From the NCBI RefSeq assembly GCF_006345805.1, contig NC_043010.1, positions 63,426,001 through 63,490,000 on the forward strand: a stretch of DNA of 64,000 nt, written 5' to 3'. Both the position numbers and the translations under genes were made by a program. This DNA is from Octopus sinensis. Taxonomy: Eukaryota. Shown in pieces: positions 52,710 through 63,837 of this stretch (positions are counted from its first letter, which is position 1; every line of letters begins with the position of its first letter). The notes below the pieces were generated by a model, which saw nothing but the letters and a program-made list of their open reading frames with translations, ran no database searches and was not told the DNA's origin.

Positions 52710-55427
52710 TCACTTGGAACTACTGATATCTTCTGATGTATTTCGTGAAGAGTGCATCCCTTGGAGGTTGCCCCAAGCGTTTTGCTTGTTTTGTTTGGAT
52801 GCACAGGTGACACTGGGCCACGCGGAGCCTATTAATGGTGGAACAGCAAAGCCCCGAGACCACAAATAGTTGTTTTCCCACGACTGAGGCATTCCGTGAA
52901 TGTAGGTCGAATTGGAATGTGAAGAGGACGCAGTAGACGCCTGCGGCCTAATCGGGGTGGTCACTTGGGAATCTTTGCTCTGTTGGTTTGATTGATCACG
53001 TACAAGCTCACTGTTTTTGATGTTTGGTTTCATTTGGGAGTTGGCTTCTTTGTTCGAAGAGCTGTAGTTCAGCGATTTCAGTTCGCCATCACTACCGACT
53101 GTGCTGGTGTTGAACTTCTTACCAAGGCTGTTGATTGTCGATGAGAGGGTATTGGTTCCCTTCAGAAACATCCGGTCCCCGGCGGCAGCAGCAGCTATTG
53201 CCGCAGGACACTTGTGGTTGGTCAAGTTGGGTCGTTGGGTGAAGGATTTGCCACAATGGTCGCACGAGAATGGTTTCTCTCCAGTGTGTTTGCGAAGGTG
53301 AGTCTTTAAATTACCCTGGTGTGAAAACTTCTCCTTGCAGTACTCACACTCAAATGGCTTTTCACCTGTGTGAGTTCGTTCATGGTTTTGTAGGAAAAAT
53401 TTGTTACAGAATGGCTTTTTGCAGAAGTTACAGTAAAACAATTCTCCGTTGTGGACTCTCTTGTGGTCGATCAGATTGTTGCGTTGACTGAAAGATTTTC
53501 CGCAGTCGTCACAATTAAATGGCCGCTCCCCAGTATGTCTTCGCAAATGTAATTTTAGATTTCCTCGTTGAGAAAAACTCTTTTTACAGAAATTACACTG
53601 GAAAGGCTTTTCTCCTGTATGGGTCCGTTCGTGATTTTTCAAAAAGAATTGGTTAGAAAATCCCTTTTTGCAGTAACTGCAATAGAACATCTCTCCAGTG
53701 TGAGCTTGTTCGTGGATTTTTAAGAAAAACTGGTTTGTGAATGCTTTGTTACAAACAATACAGAAGAACAAATCCCCGCTGTGAATTCTCTTGTGATCAA
53801 TCAGACAGTTTTTCTGTGCAAAACCTTTGCCACAGATGTCACACACGTGGGGTTTCTCCCCCGTGTGTATTCGCACGTGAAGTTTCAAGTTCCCTCGTTG
53901 GGCAAAAGCTTTATTGCAAAATTGGCACACAAATGGTTTCTCACCTGTGTGAGTCCTCAAGTGATTTTTTAAGAAGAACTGATTTGGGTAACCTTTCTTA
54001 CAGTATGAACAATAATACACTTCTCCTGAATGTGTCTGTTCGTGAATCTTCAAGAAAAACTGATTGCAGAAGGCCTTCTTGCATACACTACAATAGTAGA
54101 GTTCGCCAGTGTGGAAACGCTTATGGTCACTAAGGCTGTTCCTTTGAGTAAATGCTTTTCCGCAAACATCACAGACAAACGGCTTCTCGCCAGTATGTAT
54201 CCTCATGTGTGTACGGTAGTTTCCACTTTGAGCAAATGATTTACCACAGAACTGGCAGTGGAAAGGTTTTTCCCCTGTGTGTGTCCGTTCGTGATTACGT
54301 AGAAAAAACTGATTTGAGAAACCCTTTTTGCAGAAGGTGCAATAGAACATATTTTCACCTCCTTCACTATTATTCACAGCAGTATGGCTCTGTTCGTGGA
54401 TTTTCAAGAAAAATTGGTTAGTGAATGCTTTCTTGCAGACAATACAGAAAAACATGTCGCCAGAGTGAAGGCGTTTGTGATCTGTCAGGCAATTCTTTTG
54501 AGCAAACGATTTGTCGCAGAGATCACATTGAAACGGTCGCTCCCCTGTGTGTATGCGCATATGAGTTTTCAAGTTACCACGCTGTGAAAACTTCTTGTCG
54601 CAAAAGTTGCATTCAAAAGGCTTCTCGCCAGTATGAGTTCTTAGATGATTACGCAGAAAGAATTCATTGGCGAATGGCTTCTTGCAGTAACTGCAGTAAA
54701 ATAAATCTCCACTGTGAAGCCGCTTGTGATCATTTAGACAGTTCTTCTGAGAGAAACTTTTGCCGCATACCTCACAAGAAAATGGTTTATCACCGGAATG
54801 GGTGCGAAGGTGCAACTTTAAATTGGCGTGGTGAGAAAAGCCTCTGTTGCATATGTCGCAGTGATAGGGCTTTGAATGCATGTTGTTGCCCATCAGATTT
54901 CTTTGGCCTGTCATTTCCTGTGTTGCCTGGGATTGGACAGGCATACAATTATGATTCTTTAAGTCCACGAATAAAGAGAACTGCTTGTGACAACCAGAAC
55001 AGCCGAATGGTTTGGTGGACCCCATTGAATGTATCTGGTGAGTTTGCTCATGGTTCTTGAGAAAAAATGGGCTAGAAAATATCTTCTTACAAATCGTACA
55101 CGGATATGTCTTTTGGATAAGGGATGTGCTGGTAGTGGTGTTATTGTTTGTAGAGGAACTACCCTGATTGAGGTTAGGCAAGGCAGGTCTTTGATTAGAC
55201 AAATCTTTGCGGGCAATGGTATCATTTCTAAAGCTCTTTCCGCCTCCACTAGACGTCGTAACGCTAGTGGCTGTCCCTGTTGTGCCTCCAGAGCCATCCA
55301 AAGGTCGAAATGCCTTGCCCCCAGACGAAGCATTCGGGTGGCCTTTCAGATGGTGGTTTTGGTACAACGATTGGCTGTTAATGCCTTGCTGACTTCCAAT
55401 AGGGTAGCTAGACTGAACAGGGTACAT
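52710..55427 (-). CDS. Multi-C2H2 zinc-finger protein (ZNF-B), 905 aa, 22 fingers (two C2HC), paralog of ZNF-A
   Basis: Uninterrupted ORF with 22 finger repeats and TGEKP or shortened TGDL/TGEL linkers. A likely acceptor (cttctccctattgtag on the minus strand) ends at 55470, about 42 nt before the ATG. Confidence 0.95.
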   Translation of the reverse strand: MYPVQSSYPIGSQQGINSQSLYQNHHLKGHPNASSGGKAFRPLDGSGGTTGTATSVTTSSGGGKSFRNDTIARKDLSNQRPALPNLNQGSSSTNNNTTTSTSLIQKTYPCTICKKIFSSPFFLKNHEQTHQIHSMGSTKPFGCSGCHKQFSLFVDLKNHNCMPVQSQATQEMTGQRNLMGNNMHSKPYHCDICNRGFSHHANLKLHLRTHSGDKPFSCEVCGKSFSQKNCLNDHKRLHSGDLFYCSYCKKPFANEFFLRNHLRTHTGEKPFECNFCDKKFSQRGNLKTHMRIHTGERPFQCDLCDKSFAQKNCLTDHKRLHSGDMFFCIVCKKAFTNQFFLKIHEQSHTAVNNSEGGENMFYCTFCKKGFSNQFFLRNHERTHTGEKPFHCQFCGKSFAQSGNYRTHMRIHTGEKPFVCDVCGKAFTQRNSLSDHKRFHTGELYYCSVCKKAFCNQFFLKIHEQTHSGEVYYCSYCKKGYPNQFFLKNHLRTHTGEKPFVCQFCNKAFAQRGNLKLHVRIHTGEKPHVCDICGKGFAQKNCLIDHKRIHSGDLFFCIVCNKAFTNQFFLKIHEQAHTGEMFYCSYCKKGFSNQFFLKNHERTHTGEKPFQCNFCKKSFSQRGNLKLHLRRHTGERPFNCDDCGKSFSQRNNLIDHKRVHNGELFYCNFCKKPFCNKFFLQNHERTHTGEKPFECEYCKEKFSHQGNLKTHLRKHTGEKPFSCDHCGKSFTQRPNLTNHKCPAAIAAAAAGDRMFLKGTNTLSSTINSLGKKFNTSTVGSDGELKSLNYSSSNKEANSQMKPNIKNSELVRDQSNQQSKDSQVTTPIRPQASTASSSHSNSTYIHGMPQSWENNYLWSRGFAVPPLIGSAWPSVTCASKQNKQNAWGNLQGMHSSRNTSEDISSSK

Positions 55428-56592
55428 ATTGGGTAGATGTCACTGTGCTTCCAAATTACATTTGATTTGCTACAATAGGGAGAAGATGGTGGTGACACAA
55501 ATGGTTATGGTAATGATGATGGTTATGGTGGTACTGTAGTTGTTGATAATGATGATGATGATGGTGACAACAGCTATGTAAAAGGAACAGTTTACATCAT
55601 AAACCAGCAAGACTATAGATGAGGACTATTGACATCCTCGACTACTACATGTTGTACTTTTTACAGTATCATCATTCCTGATAAAGTGTTCAGCAGTTCA
55701 AATCACAGACACAACACACAAACTACTAACCATCAAACGGACAAAGTGATCTCCGACCTTTGTGACACAAATTAAGGGGAGCAAAACAATGCCGTGTACT
55801 CAGGTAGTAAACAAAAGGGTCAAGGTATATCTATAAGGGGTCAACTAAAACAAAAATACGACTCCAAATTATCTTTTAACGGAACACAAATTTTCATCGT
55901 TTGTCAATCGATCCACAGAACATCAGGTTATCAATATACATACATATATATATATATACATATATTGCATAATAAGAATCTGAAGAGTTAGAAATACCAA
56001 CTCAAGCAACCCCTATTACATATCTACATACGTGTATGTATACAGACATATATATACATATATATATATGAAAGCTAGAAATGTTCGGAAAAGAAGTGGA
56101 TGCTAATTCTTATTGATTAAGATTCAACATGTGGTTAGAAATTTCCTACAGACACACACAGGTTTTCAGTTATGAATGTATACAGCAACATGGGCAGAGA
56201 TTTTGTATATATACACACAGCAATGAAAATCCACCACAGTTATCATATGCAGTTGTATTTAGTATTTTTCAAAGTGCGGTTGTGTTGTTATAAAGCCGAG
56301 AGACAGAACAACACGTGCAATGCTGATTGTTAGGTTGGTGTGGGAATTTCCTTTGGGTGGACCAAATATGCCATGCGTAAAGTGTCCCAGTTGCCAAAAA
56401 CCTTTATAAAAGAAGCAGAAGATATAAAATGTATCAAATGTGAGAAAGGCTATTCAGGGATTCTTCAGAAGTTGATCTCCATTTTTGAGTGGTGGGCAGC
56501 ATCTGTAAGGACAGCAAACAAATCTGAAAATAAATAAATATATATATATACAGGCTTGCTGGCAAAAAAATAGGACATATAGAACTCAATAT

Positions 56593-56824
56593 TTAACCCT
56601 TTAAGCATTTAAACTGACCATATCTGGCCCCAATATTCTATCCCTCTTATGTTAAAGCTAACCAGATCCAACTTTTCATACCTACCCTGCAATGTCATTC
56701 TAAAAATAACAATCATATCATTGAAATTTTGAACTAACAAGATAATTCATGATTGATTCAAAGCAATGTGAATAAATTAAGTTAAATAACATTTAACAAA
56801 GAAATCTGAATATTAAAGAGTTAA
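56593..56824 (+). mobile_element. Second piggyBac-type non-autonomous family
   Basis: TTAACCCTTT...AAAGAGTTAA termini; interior differs from 9343-9571. Confidence 0.55.
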
Positions 56825-57102
56825 AAGTGTACAATTATATCTATATATATAGTTCAAATTTTACAGAAAACGAAGATGAAGACAGGTGAGGGAACAAGCA
56901 GATGTATTAGGTTGATGCTTGGGAAGAATAGAAACGTCTTTTGATGTTTCAACCCTATATATACATACATACATATATAAATACATACATACATATATAT
57001 ATATAGTTAATCCAAACAAGAAAGCACAAAAAACACAACAACGCGAGGACGTGGAACAAATATAGTATTATTGGACGCTCAGGAAAGAAGGAAAGAAGGA
57101 GG

Positions 57103-57137
57103 GTTTAACATTTCGAGCGGAGCTCTTCGTCGGAAAC
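57103..57137 (-). ncRNA. Minimal type I hammerhead-like motif in a Penelope-type non-coding remnant
   Basis: Minus strand reads GTTT CCGACGA A GAGC tcc GCTC GAAA TG TT AAAC: stem I 4 bp, stem II 4 bp, minimal stem III. Confidence 0.6.
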
Positions 57138-57356
57138 ATAAGAGAAGGAAAGATCCAGAGAAGGGAAGACAGAGGAAAAAAAATAGCCAACGGTACACAA
57201 TATATATATATATAAATTTATCATCATCCATCATCATCATTGTTTAATGTCCATTTTCCATGCCAGCACGGGTTGGACGGTTCGACCGGGGTCTGGGAAG
57301 CCAAGAGGCTGTACCAGGCTTTAGTCTGATGTGTATTTATGTTACTATCTGTGTAT

Positions 57357-57414
57357 ATTCCACTGATGAGGCAAAGCATTTCTTATGCAGAGCCAGAAAT
57401 CCGGGATCTGGAAT
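57357..57414 (+). ncRNA. Type I hammerhead-like motif (extra A before GAAA)
   Basis: ATTCCA CTGATGA GGC-aaa-GCA-tttctta-TGC-aga-GCC a GAAA TCCGGGA TC TGGAAT: perfect 6-bp stem I, intact core, UC cleavage site. Confidence 0.6.
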
Positions 57415-57559
57415 TATCCAGTAATTTTTTGCTAGTTTATTTTGTCTTTTTGTCTTCTCTTCTGGTGCTGTATGAACATTTAATGTGGTTTTAGAGTCAA
57501 GTTTTGGCTGCTATTTCCAGCGTGGTTGTATCTCTTAGATACCCTAAATCATAATCTTA

Positions 57560-57908
57560 TTTTCATTTTTTTTCATTTTATCTAGTTTCAGCTCACGAGC
57601 TCTGGCCATGCTGGGGCACCGCCATTCGGTGTTGCTACATGATTTTACTTCACGAATGCTTTTTAGCAATTGCCATTTGGTGCATGAGAGAGCTTGATGC
57701 AGCTGCCCTCATCTGCACCTCCTGCTGTGAAGTTGGTTCATCTGGGACACCTGACAGGAAGAGGTCCAGCTTTATTTTAAAGACATCTGCATCCACCCCA
57801 TGCAGGTCTCTCAGGTCCTTCGGGAGGATATTGAAGAGCTGTGGACCTCTGAAGTCCAGGCTATCACAGTATCTTGTCCTACATCTTGATGGCAAATTTG
57901 GAGTCCTT
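57560..57908 (-). mobile_element. 5'-truncated CR1/L2-group LINE 3' end
   Basis: SLDFRGPQLFNILPKDLR...FKIKLDLFLSGVPDEP resembles the CR1-group ORF2 C-terminus; followed by a short 3'UTR and A-rich tail. Confidence 0.7.
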
Positions 57909-58290
57909 GGCACAGGAGTGGCTGTGTGGTAAGTAGCTTGATTACCAACCACATGGTTCTGGGTTCATTCCCACTGCGTGGCACCTTGGGCAAGTAAGTG
58001 TCTTCTACTATAGCCTCGGGCCGACCAAAGCCTTGTGAGTGGATTTGGTAGACGGAAACTGAATGAAGCCCGTCGTATATATGTATATATACACACATAT
58101 GTTGTCCCCCCCAACATCGCTTGACAACGGATGCTGGTGTGTTTACGTCCCTGTAACTTTAGCGGTTTGGCAAAAGAGACCAAATAAGTACTAGGCTTCC
58201 AAAGAATAAGTCCTGGGGTAAATTTGCTCGACTAAAAGCGGTGCTCCAGCATGGCCGGAGTTAAATGACTGAAACAAGTAAAAGAGTAAT
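57909..58290 (+). mobile_element. SINE group A copy abutting the CR1-like fragment
   Basis: Full head, body and tail match 13233-13642. Confidence 0.85.
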
Positions 58291-58601
58291 ATGGCTTGAT
58301 GCTGGCACAATCTAGCTGCTCTTGACTCCACTTATGCGAATACTCTAACAACGATTCGGAGTAGCTGGATGTATATGACTTGAGTTGAAAATTCTAGGAC
58401 TGTTTACTGCTACTCAGCATAATACGAAATATATATATATTCAAAGAGGCATGAGTTCATGTCCCATGCATACGGCAAACCCTGCTTTTTTCCACTGAGG
58501 GCTTATATGCCCCAATATTAGACTATTTACCTTAGTCAATGCATGGTGATCACTAATAAGATTTAAGTTTATAAAATATTATTATTATTATTATTATTTA
58601 C

Positions 58602-58656
<55 letters not shown>

Positions 58657-59901
58657 CATGACTGACCAGGCTATCAGATGTTGCTACATATCGCTGGTCA
58701 CAATGCGCTTCACATTGCTTTAGCCTTCAAATGACACCACTCCACTGGCTAAGCGAGCAGGCCAACACACACACACACATATATATATATGAAGGGAAAC
58801 TAAGAATGTAATGAAATGCAAAAATTTATAAGTTTGACTGTGTAAAGTTGGTTTGAGAGACAAGTTAGACTGGTAAAATAGACAAGTTAGACAGGTTTTA
58901 TAAGTCAGACAAACTAACCAGATCGGTTAGTCAGACAAATATATATAGACAAGCATGATTGTGAGGGGGTTAAGAGCTTTGTTTTTAGCAACATAACTTC
59001 AGGTTCAGTCCCACTGTGACACCTTGGTTTAAGTTTCATCAAATTCATAACCTTCATCATCATCATCGTTTAACGTCCGTTCTCCATGCTAGCATGGGTT
59101 GGATGGTTCAACCGGGGATCTGGGAAGCCAGAAGGTTGCACCAGGCTCCAGTCTGATCTGGCAGTGTTTCTACAGCTGGATGCCCTTCCTTACGCCAACC
59201 ACTCCGTGAGTGCCTTAAGTAGGCAAAAACATTGTGAAATTTGACAGACGTGGCTGCCTCCAAATATTTTGAATGGAATTTGGCAGAGAGGGTTTGTGCA
59301 AATTGTGAGAAATATCTGATAGACAGGGGTTTCTTAAAAGTAATGTTTGGGTAGACAGAAGCTGTGTGGTAATTTGTTGGTTGGGGTGCATTTCTGTTAC
59401 CGTGAAAGTAAGTTAAGATTTGACAGGATTTGAAATTAGATTTAATAAACACTCCATCAATCTTGTCCTTCGCAATGATGGGAGTTCACCGGGTGACTGT
59501 GATGAAGGATGCTTAGAGACAAGCTTGAAAGATACTTTTGAAGACAGCTCAATGGTACCTGTTTACGGCTAACTGGACTAGACCAGTCTTGGTTTGGTAT
59601 CTTGGGCACAGTGTTACTAAGAGGACTTGAACCATTTGGCTGGCATTCCTAACACCCCACCATCCCACCAATTTCAGTAGCATTGGTTTTTCAGTATAAA
59701 ATCTGACAACGAAATGCTTAGCGGTAGTTCGTCTGACGTTACATTCTGAGCTCAAATTCCGCCGAGGTAGACTTTGCCTTTCATCCTTTCGGGGTCGATA
59801 AATAAAGTACCAATTTCGGACTGGGGTCGATGTAATCGACTTAATCCCTTTGTCTGTCCTTGTTTGTCCCCTCTATATTTAGCCCCTTGTGAATAGTAAA
59901 G

Positions 59902-59944
<43 letters not shown>

Positions 59945-60036
59945 ACATTAACATCAATCTTTCTATTAAAACAAATTATTCAACCACCAATGTGATGTTG
60001 ATTACTCATTTTCTTGCTTGTTACTGTCATACGTGT

Positions 60037-60090
<54 letters not shown>

Positions 60091-60827
60091 GCATACATAC
60101 ATACACACACACATTCTCCAGGCTGGCATGGGTCGGATGAGACTTTGCTGAGTCCGTTTTCTATGGCTGGCTGGTCTTCTTGTTGCTAATAACTTACTTG
60201 TTTCCAAATAAAGTATATATTCCCTTCACCTTTCACATGTCCAACCACAAAATGGCCAAACATTGATATCACCTAAACGGCAACACTGTTCTACACCTTA
60301 CATGCATAAACAATGTTAAGATGCAGAAGAGGAGACTGAGACACACACACACACACACACAACAGGCTTTGGCATTGTTTCCACCAACCAATGTCACTCA
60401 TAAGATACTGGTCAGCACAAGACTACAGCAGAAGTAATTTGCCCATGGAAACAGACAGGATTGTGGAGACACATGGCTTAGTGGTTAGGGTGTTGGGCTC
60501 ATGCTCGTAAGGCTGTGCTTTAGATTCCTTTAGATCCATTGTGTTCTTGAGCAAAACACTTCATTTCACATTGTTCCAGTCCACTCAACTAGTAAAAATG
60601 AGTAATCCTGCGATGGACCGCAATCCTATCCAGTGGGGTATATATGCACCACAGAAACTGGAAAACTTGAGAAGGATTTTTATCCTATCTATTATTCAGA
60701 CAGCTGAATTGAATTTGAAACCATGTGGTTGCAAAATAGTTAAGTGACCAAGAACACATGAAGCAACCTCCTCAAAGACATAAGCTCAAAACCTATGAGT
60801 TAGTGCTCTAATATTCTATTCATTCAA

Positions 60828-61040
60828 GGCGGCAAGCTTGCAGAAACATTAGCACGCCGGGCGAAATGCTTAGCAGTATTTCGTCTGTCTTCGTGTTCTG
60901 AGTTCAAATTCTGCTGAGGTTGACTTTGCCTTTCATCATTTGGGGTTGATAAATTAAGTACCAGTTGCATACTGGGGTCGATCTAATCGACTGGCCCCCT
61001 TCCCCAAAATTTCGGGCCTCGTACCTAGAGTTGAAAAGAA
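60828..61040 (+). mobile_element. SINE group B (representative copy)
   Basis: aaggcggcaagcttgcagaa...ttctgagttcaaattc...gactttgcctttcatc...actggggtcgat. Copies at ~16165-16370, 16730-16912, 19875-20097, 59705-59900 (+) and 27145-27362, 41190-41400 (-). Confidence 0.75.
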
Positions 61041-62411
61041 TATTCTATTCACTCAGCCTGGCTTTTAGTGCTAGGACCCCTCTCAAGATGAAGTTTAACT
61101 AATGGAAGGAGTTTCTAACTAAAGTCACACTTCAAACAACACCTACCAACTGACTTAAGTACAGGGACACATTCCTAAGTTTCAAGCATTTGGTCAACAA
61201 CAACCAAAGTCAAATTCTCTTTTCTTTTTAAACAACCCCTTGTTTTCTGAAGTGCAAGCTTCAATTGTTAATTAAACTTAAATCTTTCACCAATAAAATT
61301 CACTGCAGGGTCTTTAGTGCTATTGCAGGAACCAAAGAAAGCCCCTTACCTCCACTGACTTAGGTGCAAAGGCCCTGCGTATTCTTGAAGCCCAAAACCT
61401 TTACCAAGAGATAAAGTTCTGTTTGGATTTGATATCAGTGCTCCTGGATAGCAAGAGCCTCTCTATTGATGGGATTCTGGTAAGGTGGAGACTTTGAGCA
61501 AAGGACATAGAAAGAAAGCAAGCAAAGTGGCCCCTACCACCACTCTGATGTAATAAAGAATGGTCAGAAATTACAGATCCAAGGTCAAACTTCATTATGA
61601 TCAGCTAAGCTTATTTAGGTTTAATCAAAATAATTACCAGTAACAAAGGAGGATAAGAGGGACCAAGTACCATACTTAATATGTGTGACTAAAGCAGACA
61701 AGGAGTTGTGACAAACACACCCATGTCCTTATTCCCTGTGTCACAATGACCTTTCTCAAGCTATGGGTATGTCCCTTTCTGTTTGAAATATGGTGTTGTA
61801 ATAGAAGCTTCAAAAACAGACACTGTTTAAATCTCAGGTTGTGGTTTTGAAGTGAAAAGAACTGACTAGAAAAACAAGAGGAAAAGTTAAGAATGCGAAA
61901 CAGCTGATTCCTGTCTTGATAAACTCTTTTCAAACAGAAAACTGGTTTTGTCGGAGATGATATCATGAAGGTTAGGTGTATAAACGTATAAGCTATTTAT
62001 AAGAGAGTTATTTCATTTTTAGACAGAAGTATCAAATCAAGGTTTGAGTTAAATGGTGGAGGTGGGTGGTAGTGGTGGTTTGTTTTGGGAGATCTTATTC
62101 AGTGAAGCTGAAGCGTTTGGATGTGTTTCTGTGCCATTTCTGATATTTCAGAACAGGGACAGAAAAAGTCATTTTCCTCTTGGACAAAAGACCAGTCCTA
62201 AAATGTCAGATTCCTCTTCTCCCTGCAGAATATGGACTCACCCAAACTCACAAACTTCATTTTTACTTACACTACTTAATCTCTATCTAGGAAATGGAAA
62301 ATTTTCAGTTTCAAGTAAATGAACACAAACACACCCCACAGTGTATGTCTAAGTAACCCCTAACACATCAAATACGGTGATCCCATAATAACTTAGTTTA
62401 TCAAAGCTGTA

Positions 62412-62970
62412 CAGGGTGGACCAAAATGATCTGACACATTTGGAGGCTTAATAAAAGCACAAAATAAGAAATAATGAAAATAAAAATTTTATTTTCTGAA
62501 TGTACATATAATGCCATTTTATTTCATTAAGTTTTAAAAATAAATTAAATCAGCTAAATGCCTCCCATCATTGTCAACACACTGTTGGAGACGTTCATGA
62601 AAGTTATCGATAACTCTTTGGATCATTCCTTCTGGAATGGTTGCTATTTCTACACAAATTGCATGTTTTAATTCATCAATAGCTCGAGGGTGATGACTAA
62701 ATATTTTTGATTCTAAATATCCCCACAAGAAGAAATCACATTTAACCATTCCAGAAGGAATGATCCGTAGAGTTATCGATAACTTTCATGAACGTCTCCA
62801 ACAGTGTGTTGACAAAGATGGGAAGCATTTAGCTGATTTCATTTTTAAAACTTAATGAAATAAAATGGCATTATATGTACATTCAGAAAATAAAATTTTT
62901 CTTTTCATCATTTCTTATATTATGCTTTTATTAAGCCTCCAAATGTGTCAGATCATTTTGGTCCACCCTG
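62412..62970. mobile_element. Tc1/mariner-derived fold-back MITE with ~230-bp arms
   Basis: TA-CAGGGTGGACCAAAATG...CATTTTGGTCCACCCTG-TA. Minus frame reads CDFFLWGYLESKIF...IPEGMIQRVIDNFHERLQQC, a transposase C-terminus. Confidence 0.9.
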
Positions 62971-63445
62971 TACAATGGCTAATTCTTTGGAAATAGTAAC
63001 TCTCATACATCAACCAGCAAGGATTTCCACCTCTCATCATCCTTGCTGTTTCCACCCGCCTCCCACCAACACTATACCAGCTACTACACCTAGTTTTTTC
63101 TCCCCAAAGCATAAGCCTTCTGGAATCTCTTCCTTGCTCATGTCTTTTTTTCCAGGTGTTGACCTGTAACAGTTTAAATGGAACACTAAACAGTATCAGT
63201 CTTGGTGAGACCGCAAAGCTCATGGGCACTGTCTCAGCCTCCAGACTCAATAAGCAAATACACACACACATATATGTAGAGAAAGAGAGAGGGGGGGGGG
63301 TTGCAGTGTTAATGATTAAATGAACTTTAAGCAAGGGAGATAACTCAACACCAAAAACCACTGAAATCTCTGAAAAGTGACCCAATTAAAATTGTAAAAA
63401 AATTGGTGAATAAGAAAGATAGTCTGATCTTCAGCAGACATAGTG

Positions 63446-63491
63446 ACACTAGAGATATATTTCAGTCTTATTAGACCTCATCAGCATGTGT
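63446..63491 (-). ncRNA. Minimal type I hammerhead-like motif, stem I degenerate
   Basis: Minus strand reads acacatg CTGATGA GGTCT aata AGACT GAAA TATA TC tctagtgt. Core intact, palindromic TATA in stem III, stem I only partly paired. Confidence 0.45.
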
Positions 63492-63794
63492 TCAGATTTA
63501 CAATATGAGGAAAAAAGTACTCAATATGTGGTGTAGATCATATTCATTTATATATGTGTATGTATTTGTGCGTTTGTGTCTGTTTGTCCCCCACCCATTG
63601 CTTGACAACTGATGTTGGTGTGTTTACATCCCTGTAACTCAGCAGTTCAGCAAAAGAGACTGATAAAAGAAGTACCAGCCTTATAAAAAGTAAGTCCAGG
63701 CGTTGATTTCTTCAACTAAAAGGCAGTGCTCCAGCATGGCCACAGTCAAAATGACTGAAACAAGTAAAAGAATAAAAGAATACGTGTATGTATG

Positions 63795-63837
<43 letters not shown>

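Noticed and set aside
23652-52710. Idea that the giant palindrome is the symmetry axis of the inverted ZNF pair
   Set aside because: The gene midpoint (~38180) is about 4 kb from the palindrome centre, and the genes are far more diverged than the arms.
53101-55436. ORFs antisense to or frame-shifted over the two ZNF genes (also 21264-23752)
   Set aside because: Shadows of the repetitive ZNF coding sequence; no recognisable motifs.
61050-62330. Possible decayed Tx1/L1-type coding remnant (also 19630-19850, 59210-59560, 9580-9900)
   Set aside because: Only vague motif resemblance across broken frames. A translated HMM search against RT and endonuclease profiles is needed.
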